In this document: piece by piece, positions 1-13,674 of the stretch
Numbering within the stretch: position 1 is the first letter of the stretch
How the letters are laid out: each line of letters starts with the position of its first letter
Origin: the human T2T-CHM13v2.0 reference genome, Homo sapiens
NCBI RefSeq assembly: GCF_009914755.1
Contig: NC_060940.1
Length of the DNA: 64,000 bases
Strand: one strand, 5' to 3'
The notes under the pieces: model-generated
What the model was told of the DNA's origin: nothing
Database searches by the model: none
Seen by the model: only the letters and a program-made list of their open reading frames with translations
Position numbers and translations under genes: made by a program

Positions 1-519
1 GCCTTAGGAATTTGGAAGAGCCTTCTGGGGTCCATCATGGATAAACTGGGTAGATGGAGGCTGTGCACTGGAGAACTCTCACATTTTCAGTTTGTAATCC
101 TACATATGCTTTTCAAAAGAGAGAATGATCTGTTCAAGTAAAAGAACTAAAAATCTCCTAGTGAGTGAAGACAGATGACCTTGGAGACCGGGGACCTCTG
201 TTAAAAATTTGCACAACCATTAACAGGACTGGTCCTGAATCTAAGTTGCTTCTCTTCCTTTGAACTTTATTAGCATTATCTCTAAAATAATCATGAAAAT
301 GCAACATGTTATCAAGTTTGGAGGAGTCTTAGGATGGTCAAATGAGATCTCATAAATAAAAGCACCATATTAAGTGCAGGCTGCTGAGGAGCTGTTAGTA
401 AAGCTAGTTACTACTTCTAAATACTACAGTTTCTATGCAAAGCTTATTATATTTGATCTCTCTTGACTGACCCAGCCATCCTATGAGATAAGTAAACTAG
501 TAAAGACAGTTTACTCTGC

Positions 520-790
520 CTTGTCTTGATTTTCTTAATCGTGAGTCATCACAACATATATAGCAGAAGTCAAAGACAAGGATTTATGTGCAAATAATTT
601 ATTAAAGGAATTGTTCCCAAAGGAAATCAGTAAGAAACTAGAAGAAACGGGCTAGGGAAGGAAGGGAGCTAAGCAGGGGAATGATTTCAGATAAAATCCT
701 GAAAAGTGTAGCTTCATCCTACAGACATAAATTAGACCTTAGAGTTGTCCTATCTGAGGAAGCTGATATTTTCATATTTTGATTTTCATC
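520..790 (-). mobile_element. Ancient ERVL-class LTR fragment (LTR16/LTR33-like)
   Basis: 'agacaaggatttatgtgcaaataatttatt...' resembles the reverse complement of LTR16/33 3' ends; very diverged, boundaries approximate. Confidence 0.5.
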
Positions 791-859
791 AGTCTTTGGT
801 TAAAGGTACCTACTCCTTCTGCCCATATATTTCCATTTCAGAGATGGCAATTATTTTTT

Positions 860-1060
860 AATGGATGAGTAAATATTTATTGAACATTGTTTATGTTGCA
901 GATGCTGTTCTAGATCTGTTCACAGTGGTGAAAATGACAGGCTTCCTCATGGGACAGATAATTAACCAATAAACAGATACATATTTGTTTTCAGGAAATA
1001 AGTGATATGAGCTTATGAGTTTAAAGAGGGTAAGAGGAAAGAAAAATACTAGTGGTAGGG
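860..1060 (-). mobile_element. L2 3'-end fragment
   Basis: 'aatatttattgaacattgtttatgttgcagatgctgttctag' is typical of an antisense L2 3' end. Confidence 0.6.
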
Positions 1061-1399
1061 AGAGGGTGATATTTGTGGTACATCAGTTATCCCCCTTCCT
1101 GTCTAGACTTATGACAGATATTCACACCTCCACATCCATTAAGATGAGTCGAAGTCTCAATCTTTTTCAACAAATAATCTCACTTTTAGGGTTCTTATAG
1201 AATGATTCTTGCAACGAGTGCTGTATTAGACAAAATGATGTAAGAAGAGTTTGCTTTTGATTTTCTTTTCAAAAGGAAATAGATATATTATGTTTTATTC
1301 TTTAGTTTTATCCAGCACCAGTCCTGAACCTATTTTACCTTCATTTCATTCCCCAACTTTCCCCTGCTCTGCTGGGCACAGCAGATGAGCTGAACCTTG

Positions 1400-1795
1400 A
1401 ATGTTATAAGGATCCTGCATTAGATAGATTCTGGTTGGTTCAACCAGAGAGACAGGGTGACTGCAGGGCTAGAGGAAGGGAGAAATAAGTAGTTTTCCCT
1501 AGTCTTCTGCTTCAGGAAACAACTCTAGCAGCAGCTGTACCTCCTCTGCATCTCCAGATCCTGCTAGAATGAGCTGTGGTTCCAGTGTGCATCATGGGAC
1601 CCAGGCCGTGGGCTTTGCTAATTCCACTTCCTCCTTCCTTTGTTTCTCCAGCCTATGGAATGATGGTAGTGGTTTCTTGTTGCTGATATCTGGGTTGTCT
1701 CATTTTCCTTTGTTGGCTTATCTCTTCCACCACCTATGACACAAATTGTCTATACTGAATCTCCTCTTTTTTACTGGTTTGACCCTTACTATGGT
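1400..1795 (+). mobile_element. Ancient ERVL-class LTR fragment (LTR33-like)
   Basis: Diverged similarity to recalled LTR33-type sequence; approximate. Confidence 0.4.
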
Positions 1796-1801
1796 AGCCA
1801 A

Positions 1802-2450
1802 TGTTGGGACTCAGAAAACAACACACCCCAAAATGAAGGCCTCAGAAGCAGCCTCAGAAGCAACAATTTTTTTCTGCCCTCCTCCTTTCCTCTCTCAGTC
1901 CCATTTTCCCCCAAAGCTACCCATAAAACCTGGAATCATTCTTCCCCAAGGTAGGTCATAGAAACCAGAACCTCTTTCTCCCAAAGCCAGCCAAAAAGCC
2001 TAAAAACATTACGCTAACTTTCCTCCACCTTTCTCTTTAGAAACTGGCCATAAAGAAATTATCTTACCTATACCTTGTTTGACTGAGGTCATAAGAACCT
2101 CCATTCAAGAGAGGGTCCTGCCCCATACCCAGAAGAAAGAAATCCATGCTCAGAGAGGTCAAGAAGAGGCTAGACGGGCAGGCCTCACTGGGTTTCCCAC
2201 CTCCGTCTATTAACATTAGATCAGACCCCTTTTGTCCAATTATATTTCTTCACAGCTGTCCATACTTTATTGAACCTAAGCATTAAAACAGGCAATTTTC
2301 CCTGTATCTTTGAGTTTTCATTCTGAAGGTTCTCATGCATGTGCACTAAATAAATTTGTATCCCTTTTCTCCAATTAGACTGTCTTTTGTGAGTTGACTT
2401 TTCAGTGAACCTTCACAGGGCAAAGGGGTAATTTTTCCTTGGCTCCTACA
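1802..2450 (+). mobile_element. Solo ERV1 LTR, MER39/MER39B-like
   Basis: TG...CA termini (tgttgggactcagaaaac...ggctcctaca), AATAAA near 2349, 4-bp TSD ccaa/ccag. Confidence 0.85.
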
Positions 2451-2699
2451 CCAGAGTCCAGAGGGACACCAATGAGCCTCACCTCCTTGTGCAGTCTCCT
2501 CCCACATGGAAATATGGCTGGCCTGTATGGCCAAGAGAAGTAATGAGTATCATTTCTGAAGCTGGGTCCAAATAGTAATTGTGGTTTCAACCTTTGTCTC
2601 TCTAAGATTACCTTCTCTGGGGAAAGACAGTTGAGGGTCACGAGAACACTCAAACAGACTATAGAAAGTCCAATGTGGGAAGAAACTGAATTCACTTGC

Positions 2700-2935
2700 T
2701 AAAAAACAGCCCCAAATTGCCATCCATGTGAGTGAGCTACCTTGGAAGCAGATCTTCCCATCCTAGTCAAGCATTCGGAGACTGAAGCTCCAGCCAACAT
2801 CCTGAGGTCAACCTCATGAGAGACCCTGAGCCACTTTTAAGCTCCCAACCCATTGAAACTGTGATAAGTGATTATTTTGTTTCAAGTCTTTTTGCTTTGG
2901 GGTAATTTATTACATAGCGATAGGTAACTAATGTA
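2700..2935 (+). mobile_element. MaLR LTR 3' part (MLT1F/G-like)
   Basis: 'caacctcatgagagaccctgagcc...ttggggtaatttattacatagcgataggtaactaat' MLT1-type end. Confidence 0.7.
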
Positions 2936-3079
2936 CTTACTAATCAGTGCCCTAAAATTGTGGACTTAAGGATGTCAGAGAAGTAGACAAACATCAGTGG
3001 AAAATATAAAATATTCCAAATGTGTCCTTGTCACCAAATTTCTCAAGTCTGTCCACAGAAAGGAAATTCTATACTGGAC

Positions 3080-3420
3080 AAGAGTATGGCTGTAGAGTTA
3101 AAAGGGCTTAAATTTAAGTCTCTGCTTTATCTCTTGTCAGCTTTGCTTCTAAGGAAGTTTATTAACTTCTCAAACACTCAATCTTTACTATTATAAAATG
3201 GGAAAAATAAATTCTCATAATAACCCCCAGGAGTTAGGTTCTATGTGATGGAGAAAAAAGAAAACAAACTTTGCACAATACAAGTGCATAATAAATATTC
3301 ACCATTATTTTTGGTTTTGTTATATTCTGAGTCTTCTGTGTGAACCTGAATCTCAGTGTCTACATCTATAAAATAGGAACCATAATACCTACCTTTCTGA
3401 GTTGCCATTGGGTTAGATTT
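3080..3420. mobile_element. MIR fragments (two, opposite orientation)
   Basis: MIR core-like 'ataaaatgggaaaaataa' and 'ctcagtgtctacatctataaaatagg' segments; diverged. Confidence 0.5.
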
Positions 3421-3652
3421 CCAAATCCGTGGTAGTAAGGAAGTGGTCATCTCCAGTCTTTGCTGAGCAAGGCTATTCCTCAGTGTGTGGAATAGATGAA
3501 CAAAAGTGAACAGGGAATTTCATGCAGCAATTTCATGAATTTTCCAGATAAACAAAGATAGACAGGGAATGATTTGGGGATATCCTAGCATGAAATCATC
3601 CTCACCCTGGTAAAAATCCCAAATCATCTAACTCTTGCAAGCAACCTCAGCG

Positions 3653-3780
3653 AAACTTTGTAAGGTGGAATCCTGACCAAAACTTTATAAGTTAGAGCTC
3701 TCACTAAAACTGTGTAAAGTAGAAAACTCTAGGCAGGGAACCCTAAATTGTGCTCAGTGCTAACTACATAAACTTTATTA
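3653..3780 (+). repeat. Degenerate 27-nt tandem repeat containing copy 1 (3724-3770) of a 47-nt duplication
   Basis: Units start AAACT at 3653, 3680 and 3707; 3724-3770 matches 5211-5257 at 46/47. Confidence 0.85.
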
Positions 3781-4179
3781 AATTCATGATATTATATGCA
3801 TATTATAGAAGTTGAATTTGAGGTTCAGTTTAAACAGTTTATGAAAGATTACACACTAAGAAGAGTGGAACCAATACTCAAAGCTTTGCTATGTATTTCA
3901 TACCACAAAACTTCCCACACAGGTGAATATCCCAGAATTAGTTTAACTCAGTATTTTAAGAGCTCAGGCATTTAAAATAGATATTGCTATCATTTTTTCT
4001 AGTAAACATTCAAATCTATAATCAAATAAATGAAAATGCTCCTGCCCTGGAATTCTTTGTTTTGATTTATTTTACTGTTTACCAAAATAAATAAATAAAT
4101 AAATAAAATAAATAAAAAATAAAAGACTTGATAAAGATTTCTCAACATTAGCTCAGCCATTCCCAATTCTGTTGTAATT

Positions 4180-4583
4180 ACCCTTCCTTCCTTTCCTCCC
4201 TCCCTCTCTCTCTCTTTCCTTCCTTCCTTCCTTCTTTTCTTTTCTTTTCTTTTCTTTCTTTCTTCCTTTCTTTCTTTCCTTTCTTTCTCTCTTTCCTTTC
4301 TTTCTTTCTTCCTTTCTTTCTTTGTCTCTCCTTCCTTCCTTTCTTTCTCTCTCTTTCTTTCTTAATTTCCTTCCTTCCTTCCTCTTCTCTCCCCTTCCTT
4401 CCTTTCTTCTTTCTTTCTTTCTTCTTCTTTCTCTTTCTTTCTTTCTTTCTTAATTTCCTTCCTTCCTTCGTCTCCTCTCCCCTTCCTTTCTTCCTTCCTT
4501 CCTTCCTTTCTTTCTCTCTCTCTCCCTTTCTTTCCTTCCTTCCTTCCTTCCGTCTGTCTGTCTGTCTGTCTTTCTTTCTTTTT

Positions 4584-4634
<51 letters not shown>

Positions 4635-4708
4635 CTTTCTTTCTCTCTCTCTCTCTCATTCTTTCTCTCTCTCTTTCTTTCTCTTTTCTTAATTTTTTTT
4701 CCTTCTCT
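4180..4708. repeat. Compound polypyrimidine microsatellite (TTCC/TTTC/CT/CTGT)
   Basis: ~520 nt almost purely C/T on +; TTAATTT anchors at 4362, 4450 and 4689. Confidence 0.98.
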
Positions 4709-4834
4709 ATGTGAACATTGAGTATTTGATGAGTCTGCAAAGTATCTGATAAAAGCAGAACTCCTGAAGAAACTGATGCTGCAATTGAGAAAGAAAATTA
4801 ACATGCAACTACAGGCGAATGTAAGACTGCAGGA

Positions 4835-5045
4835 TATTAACAATAGTGTAAAGTCTGGGGTCAGACTCAGGGAAGTCTGAATGCTGCCACCTCCACTCAC
4901 TAGTTGTGTGACTCTGATCAAGTTCTCTAAACTTCAGAGTTAACAATAGTGCCTACCCATAGGATTGTTGGGTAGATTAAATTATATAATCCGTGCAAAA
5001 AGTACAGTATTGAGATGTGAAATAGCTTGTAATAGCTAACATTAT
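4835..5045 (+). mobile_element. MIR
   Basis: 'ccactcactagttgtgtgactctgatcaagtt...cccataggattgttg' MIR core. Confidence 0.75.
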
Positions 5046-5210
5046 AACATTTTTCTAAGTAATATAATAGTGGTATGCAGAATCATTACCTTTCTTTCTT
5101 TTAGAGAAGTTTTAAAATAACTGGGGAACTATTCTTGAGTAATAAAACTAAGGACTAAAACTGGAGCAGCAAAGCAGTGGGTTCATTACAATAACAGCAT
5201 GGCTTTCCTG

Positions 5211-5257
5211 AAACTCTAGGCAGGGAACCCTAAATTGTGCTCAGTGCTAACTGCATA
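5211..5257 (+). repeat. Copy 2 of the 47-nt direct repeat
   Basis: aaactctaggcagggaaccctaaattgtgctcagtgctaactgcata; one mismatch to 3724-3770. Confidence 0.95.
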
Positions 5258-6472
5258 TATTACTGGAATTACATTACAATTAGATTGACACTGTAGCTAA
5301 TGTCTCCAGTCACTGTGCTGGGTACTGAGTCATTTCCAGCTCTTGACTGATTTCCATCGTGGCCTACACTGGCTCAGTGGAATAGGAAAATCACACTTTA
5401 GGGACTTAGAAAGTGTGTGTGACTGCCAGAAATCAAACCGCCAGTTGATTGCAATATTTGTTTTTTAAAAAGATTCTTTAACCAGGTTTTTTTCCCCAAG
5501 ACTGCCTTTCAAGAAACTGTTGTTACAGTTAGAAGAAGGAAGGCCATTTTTACACTGTCATGTATCAGTCAGCTTAATTGGGAATAAATAGAAACTATCC
5601 ACTTGCATAGGAAGAAAGCATAAGATACTGGTTCTTAAAAAGAGTGTCTACACTAGGAAGTAGTTTTACACTATTAAAATAAAGTACCCTATTAAAATAA
5701 AGTCTGAATTAACTCCCCCATCTCTGGGATTGATTGCAGGGCAGTTCATTTAACACTGTTCTAAAGTGATTTTCTTTAAATGATACTGATCAGATAAAAA
5801 GTCAGATGTTTGAGCCAAAGCTTTCCTTGATCTGAATCATAGCTAATGTTAAAGGCTTCCCTGTTACTGAGTCAATTCCTACATTCTGTTTTTCACCCAA
5901 CTAACCAACGTGCCAAAATGTTTTGAATTTAACTTTCTAGCAGCTTTGTCTTTTTTCTTCATTGTTACCCCTGCATCCAGGGTCTGCCATCTGCTCCCAC
6001 CCCCAGCCCTTGTGCTAGGGTTGTATCTATTCGCAAATGTGTCAGCTTCCTTCAGTTTCCTTCCCCAGCACTTCCTCTTTGCCTGACCTTTTAATGATGG
6101 AACTCCTCAGGGCTCAATTTTAGCTCTTCTAATTCTGTCCTCCTTGACTAGATAATTTCATCCATTCTTTAAGTTAAATTACTGTCTATATGCTGATGAC
6201 TCAAAAATGTACGTCTCTAGCCCAGACGCCTCTTCCAGCTATAGAGTCTTATATCCAACTCCTAGCTTGACATGAGCATCTGAGTATTTTCCAGATATTT
6301 AAAACTCAGTGTGTCACAAATGGAACTCCTGGTGCATCCCACACTCCAAATGGAATGTCTGCAAGTGGTTCTTCAGTCAGTAAAAGGCACTTTCGCTCAC
6401 CTAAGGTCTCACCCTGGAAATTTGAAGGCTTTCTTTGACATCTCTTTTCCCCTCACCTTTATATTGGATCTA

Positions 6473-6776
6473 TTTTTTTTCTTTTTTTTTTTTGAGATGG
6501 AGTCTCACTCTGTCACCCAGGCTGGAGTGCAATAGCACAATCTCAGCTCACTACTGCAGCCTCCGCTTCCCAGGTTCAACCAATTATCCTGCCTCAGCCT
6601 ACTGAGTAGCTGGGAGTATAGGCGCATGCCACCACGCCCAACTAATTTTTCTATTTTTAGTAGAGACGGGGTTTCACCATGTTGGTCAGGCTGGTTTCGA
6701 ATGCCTGACCTCGTGATCCGCCTGCCTTGGCCTCCCAAAGTATTGGGATTACAGGCATGAGCCACTGCGCCCAGCC
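6473..6776 (-). mobile_element. AluS
   Basis: Full dimer, T-tail, TSD tggatcta(t/a)ttttt. Confidence 0.97.
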
Positions 6777-7368
6777 TGGATCTAATTTTTATCGATGCAA
6801 CATCCCACACACTTCTCAATCTTCGCCTCATCTCTTTACTTCCATTGACACCACTTTAGTCAAATTGACAACTGTATCTTGTTTTAAACATTTAAATATT
6901 CTAATTTTCTCCATTTCAATTTATTTTTTCTCTTTTCAGTTTATTCTCAACAGAATGAGGAATGCATTTATAAATGCATTTATGATCATACCAACCTCTG
7001 AAATAAAACCATTTAATGACTTCACATTGCCCTTAAAGTATGGTCTAAAATCCAAGGCAGGTCTACAAAGCTGTATGTAGTCAAACACCTGCCAGCTTCT
7101 CTGGCCACATCTGACACTTTTCCTTCATACTTTTATGCTGAATTCCTGGAACATGATATTATCTCCAACTTGCAATCCTTTCTATTTGCTTTTCTCTCTG
7201 TGCGGAATACTCTTTCCCCCGTTTTTTTGTCTAAAGTTGTTTAGTCCTCTGGTTTGTCTTGCATGTTACTTCTTCAAAAAAAATTCTCTAAACCCTGAAC
7301 CAAATTGGGGCCCCTTATTTACATTCTCAGAGGATCTTGTGCTTCTTTTAAGAAGGCTATACTTTTAA

Positions 7369-7658
7369 GGCCGGGTGTGGTGTCTCACACCTGTAATCCT
7401 GGCATTTTGGGAGGCTAAAGCGGGCGCGTCACCTGAGGTCAGGAGTTGGAGACCAGCCTGGCCAATATGGTGAAACCCCATCTCTACTAAAAATACAAAA
7501 ATTATCAGGGTGTGATGGCGTGCACCTGTAATCCCAGCTACTTAGGAGGCCAAGGCAAAAGAATCACTTGAACCCAGAGGGTGGAGGTTGCAGTGAGCCA
7601 GGATTGCACCGCTGCACTCCAGCCTGAGAGACAGAGCAAAACTCCATCTCAAAAAAAA
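7369..7658 (+). mobile_element. AluS (Sx/Sz-like)
   Basis: Full dimer, TSD gctatactttta. Confidence 0.97.
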
Positions 7659-7830
7659 TTGCTATACTTTTATAGATTCTTTATAATAATTGTTTCAAAG
7701 TCAGCCTTGCCCAATAGGTTCTAAAGTCTACAAAACTCAGAGCTTTTCCTAATCTGCTGACCATTTTATCCTCCATACCTAGGGCAATGCCAGACCAACT
7801 GTCAGCACATAATACATTTTTGTCACTATT

Positions 7831-8265
7831 TTTTATGGGATGAATTGTGTCTGCCGAAAAGATATATTGAGATCCTAACTTCCACAATGTTGGAAGGTGA
7901 GCTTTGTTGGAAATAATGTTGTTGCAGATGTAATTAGTTAAAATGTGGTCATACTTAATAAGGGTGGGCCCTTAATCCAATATGATCATTGACCATAAAA
8001 GAAGTCAATGGAAGCTACAAGGGAAGAATGTCATATGAAGATGGAAGCAGAGATTGACATGCTATGGCTGAAAGCCATGGAGAACCAAGGATTCATGGCT
8101 ACCCCCCAAAGCTATGAAGAGACAAGGAAGAATTCTACCTGGAGTCTTAGAGGGAGCATGGTTCTGCTGACACCTTGATTTTGGATTTTTCATCTTGCAG
8201 AAATGTGATACAATAAGCCATTCAGTTTGTGGTACTTTGTTACAGCAGCCCTATAAAATGAATAC
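7831..8265 (+). mobile_element. MaLR solo LTR (MLT1B/C-like)
   Basis: 'gaattgtgtc...ttgcagatgtaattagttaa...tttgttacagcagccctataaaatgaataca'. Confidence 0.85.
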
Positions 8266-8439
8266 ACTGTTTATACCTAAGTGCATTCTTTTAATATGCT
8301 ATGCATTATTCATCTCTAAGTCCTCAGTACCTAGCACTATTGGAACGTAATATGTACTTAATAACAAAATACTGGTATATTGATTATGTATAGACACAGT
8401 CAGAATCTAACCATATGCTCAACTCTAAATAAAAGCAAG

Positions 8440-8945
8440 TAGTAAACATCAAAAAGTTACATGACACCAAAAATCTTACTCCTAGGTCTTTATCCAAGAA
8501 AAAATGTGAATTTATATATAGAAATGTTTATAATGGTATTATTCATTATAGCCCAAACTGAAATCCACCAAAATGTCTTTTAATGACAAACTGTCATTCC
8601 TCCATGCAATGAAGTACTACTCAGTAATCAAGAGGAATGAACTATTGATACACAATGCTGATAGATTTCAAATGCATTATGCTAAATGAGGAAAGTCAGA
8701 CTTAAAAGATTACAAACTGCATGAATTCATTTATGGCATTCCAGAAAAAGGCAAAGCTATAGGGACAAAGAACAGTTAAGTATTGTCACAGTTTGAAGTG
8801 AGGAGAACATTTGAATACGAAGGTTCGGCACGATGGAATTATTTGAAAGTTGCAGTTGTTCTGTAACCTGATTGTGATGGTGGTTATGTGAAGGTATGCA
8901 GGTGTTCAAACCCATAGATACTCAAATAAATTTAAAAGTTAAAAA
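8440..8945 (+). mobile_element. Old L1M (L1MC/ME-like) ORF2 end / 3' UTR fragment
   Basis: 'actcctaggtctttatccaagaaaaa...tactactcagtaatcaagaggaatgaactattgatacac'. Confidence 0.75.
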
Positions 8946-8948
8946 AAT

Positions 8949-9290
8949 GGGCTGAGCCCAGCATCTCATGCTTGTAATCCCAGTGCTTAGGGAGGCCAAT
9001 GTAAGACAAGCACTTGAAGCCAGGAGTTCAAGACCAGCCTAGGCAGCACAGCTTGTCTCTACAGAAAAAAGTAACAAACAAAACAAAAGAAAACAAAAAC
9101 TTGGTGCTGTGCCATAAACCTGTAGTTCCAGCTACTTAGGAAGCTACCTTAGGAAGCTAAGGTGTGAGGATCACCTGAGCCCACTGTAGCTCAGGCTACA
9201 GTGAGTCACGTTTGTGTCACTGCACTCCAGCCTGGGTAACAGAGTGCGACCTCATCTCTAAAAAAAAATGAAACAAATAAATAAATGAAT
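8949..9290 (+). mobile_element. AluJ, diverged
   Basis: Dimer with J-type 'aggctacagtgag', expanded linker and A-rich tail. Confidence 0.9.
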
Positions 9291-10192
9291 AAAATGGAGG
9301 GGCAATAATAAGGAAGAGAACCAAATTAAATGTATAGATCAAATAAATTTTTTAAAGCGAAAAGAAACTATGTGTAACATGAAGTGGCTATACTTCATGA
9401 GAAAATAACTTCAAATCTTTCTTACATGAGTGTCTACAAGTTTTAAGGGCATCGAGAACTATGCACATCTAAGATGAAAGCCTGGTGTAGGCAAATGGTC
9501 TCTGCCCTCATGCGTCATTATATACTTAACTAAGGAGAACATTTTGCAGGATTTGTAAAAGTACTTAACGCCTTTTTAGTTCCTCACCACTAATCCAAAA
9601 CTGGCTCTGAGCAATAGCGGCTGGAAGCCATTACTTTGTAATAGTTACTTCCCATTCTGTAGCCTAGGTAAAATGAATGGATAGTTCTAGTTTAATTCCT
9701 AATAAACAGGTGCCTCCATATGACAGATTGTGCTAATTGTCACCCTGCTGTTAGATTTAGTGGATCCCTCAGAGAATGAGCCTCAGAGGCTGAAACACCC
9801 TATAGGACAGTCTTGAATTTAACAATTTACAATACATGATTCTGCCAGTCTCACTGGGTGTTCATAGGCCTTGAGTCACTAGTGAGTAGCTTTGCCATGG
9901 TTTGTGGAGGGGTGGAGACATTACTGCATTTTCCAGCATGCCTGCTGTTCTGCCAGTAAACGGACTTCAGGACCATTGAACCAACACCTGTCATACAGCA
10001 AACACAGAGATCGTGACTTTGGAACAATTTTCCTTCTTTAGTGTCCGTAATAAGTACAGTTTTCTGGTCTCAATTTCCCTGTTTGATCCCCTGATACTGT
10101 ATATTTTTTTCTTTAATAACCTGATGCTAACGTAGCCCCTCTCATCCTAAAGCATCATTGGTATTTTCTTACTCATTGTCCAGTGATGATCT

Positions 10193-10685
10193 TGAGGTAG
10201 GAGGCAGGACTTGACTCCAGAGGTGGGGCTTAGACACTGGATCAAACTGAAGACTAGCTAAAACAGGTCAGGGGTGGAAGCACTGCCCCACAAGATATGC
10301 CCACCAGTATGCCTTATATCAGTTTACCATTGCCATGGCAACACCTGAAGTTACCACCCCTTTTCATGGCAATGACCTGACAACCTGGAAGTTACCATCC
10401 TCATCCTGGAAATTTCTGCATCAACCACCCCTTAATTTGAGTATAATTAAACGTGGGTATAAATAGGAGTTCAGAACTCCCTCTGAGTTGCTGCTGTGGG
10501 CACACTGCCTATGGGGTAGTCCTGCTTCACAAGGAGCAGTAAGTATCCCTGCGCTGCTGTACACTCTGCTGCTTCAATACAAGTTACAGATTAATACCAC
10601 TAGCTTGCCCTTGAATTCTTTCCTTGGCAAAGCAAGGACCCTCCTGGGCTAAGCCTCAATTTGGAGGCTTGCTTGTCCTGCCTCA
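10193..10685 (+). mobile_element. Solo ERV1 LTR, MER41 family (MER41C-like)
   Basis: tgaggtaggaggc...ctgcctca termini; TATAAA ~10458; MER41-type 'ccatggcaac...gaagttacc' blocks. Confidence 0.85.
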
Positions 10686-11326
10686 GTCCTTCTCTATAAC
10701 CTCTCCTTTCAATAGAGTGTGATGGCTGCAATTAACTGCTTACCACTATCACTAAGATAGGCAGACTGTATTTCAAGATTTCTGGTTAGACAGTATCTTA
10801 TTTCAGTCATTATGATCCAAGATTTTGTCATCAGTTTTGCAAGATAAGAAACCCAAATTAGTCAGTGTCCTCAGATTGGTAAGATTCAGGAGGCTAGCTT
10901 TAACTAAACACCTTAGTAAAAGATTGCAGAACAATCCAAAAAAAATAAGAATAGCTTGTAAATATTAAATTAAAATTAAGTTATCTTGTTGGTTTTCTGC
11001 TTTCCATGGCATCTTCAGTGTTGCCCCTCTCTGTGGAAACATGTATACGGAAAAGCCAACTGTCTTCTGCAGGGAACATGTAATATACATGTCTCCCATA
11101 TAAAGTCTACTTAGTATGATCACTCAGTGAGAACATGAGAGGTAGTACAGATATCTTTAAATATATGAATTGTGTTGCCTATTTCCTAAAAATAAGACAG
11201 TTCTATGCTACAGTGTATGTACCTTTTTTAGTTTGGATTACTACACAGTGGTAATAAGTAGACTGATCTTCTAATGTCTCTCTTTTGATACCACAGAAGA
11301 AAAGCAATCCCTGGTGATAAACGTAA

Positions 11327-11809
<483 letters not shown>

Positions 11810-12339
11810 TGAAACTTGGCTTTGCTTTGTGGCAATAGAGGCATAAATAATACTATAGGGTGCACCAAGCAAAACCTATGTCCACTGAACTTCATAAGTA
11901 GAAAACTGCAGTTGAATATTTTTTTGCTTATTCTACTAAGATTCTTTTTTCATTTATTAGACTATTTAGTAAGGTCTTATTTAATATTCTGTCTTGTTAT
12001 CAGCTGTGCAATAGAAAATCAAGGAATAGGCTGCTGGCTACATCTGGACAGATGATCAAATATGGCACCATCTCACTGGGGCCATTACAGTCATGGCAGA
12101 ATAATTACAGAGACATCTCCAAATGCAAGGTGAATTTCTGGGAATTATTTTTCTGGTATAATATGGCAAAATTTTAAGGCCTGTACATGGTCTTCTTAAG
12201 CTTGATGGCAAATTTCCTGTAATACCCTGTTAAATCTATTTTATCTATTTACCACTTTGTTAGTTTGGAGTAGATGACTTTTGCCAACATACTGCTCCCT
12301 GGATTTTCCTGTTTGTGTTTCATCAAGAGAACTTCCTCT

Positions 12340-12640
<301 letters not shown>

Positions 12641-13674
12641 CTTCCTCTTTTGTTCACATTGTCTTTTTCTAAACAGTGTTTGATGCAATTGTTTAGACAT
12701 GTCCTTTCTAAGTTACATTATATTTTAGTTCTGTCTCCCTGAGATTACACATAGGTCACCTTGAGTGGAACCATGGATATTTTAAAACTACTCAGCCATA
12801 TCTTTATAGGAAGACTGAAGGTTTATTCCTACTAATGGCTTATCTCATCCATTGTGTGTACATTTTGCTTATTCAGTTCTCAGAAACAATTCCTTCCTTT
12901 AATTTATATAATTGTTGACAGTGATCTATCTTTGGCAATGTGGTCTATGCATGTTTATGCACTTGCTATATTTAGAGGAAACTTACTGATTCCTGTTATA
13001 TTTAGCATAATGTAATCATTTGTTTTCTTTTGCATTATCATTCTTAAAGACCCTTGGTAATTTTAGAGGAAATTTAAAGGAGATATGACAAACTGATCTG
13101 AGAATAAATTATAAAAGTTTTATTCCAATTCTCCCTATGGAATAAAAGATTTACAATTTTTTTATATTATTGATTTTTGTACTGTCTAAATGTAATCTTC
13201 TTTTGAATTTAAACTTCTGTTTTCTTACAGCTAAGAGAAAAACAAGCTAATATTATTTTGATTAAATATAACTTTTCTAATAAAAATGCGTACAGAAAAT
13301 AAATCCCTATGGGAGAACAAAATAATTTCTTTCCTTCCTGGTAGTTAAGCCCTTCAGTGTACAAACTCTGCCTAAGTCCCAAGAGTCTCACTTTTAAAAG
13401 TGAACAGATAGCCTCTGACCACCACATGTATAAATAAATTCTTTAGGTGAAAAATAGAAGTCAAATAAATAATAACAAAAAGGGATTCAGAGGGAACAGA
13501 GATAATAAAGGGAACAGAAGGAAAATCTAACAATTAATATCTTCAGAAAGATAAGTCATTACAAACACAACTTAAATAGAAAATTCTCTCTAAAAAGGAG
13601 ACTAAAAAACAGTTACAAAAAGAACTCTTGGAAAGTAAAAATGAGATGTCAGAAATATTAAGAAAAAAACAGAT

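Larger units (their letters stand above)
6080..8370 (+). mobile_element. L2 relic (RT region to 3' end) interrupted by two Alus and an MLT1
   Basis: 'ctatatgctgatgactc' (~6186-6202) encodes LYADDS, the RT catalytic motif; L2-like sequence resumes after each insertion. Confidence 0.75.

Noticed and set aside
3653-3780. 27-nt periodic repeat as a possible CRISPR-like array
   Set aside because: Only ~3 degenerate adjacent units, no spacers, no cas genes, eukaryotic context
4178-4921. 247-aa K/E/R-rich ORF (and similar ORFs at 33042-33290 and 50995-51287)
   Set aside because: Translation of purine/pyrimidine microsatellites that lack stop codons; not a gene
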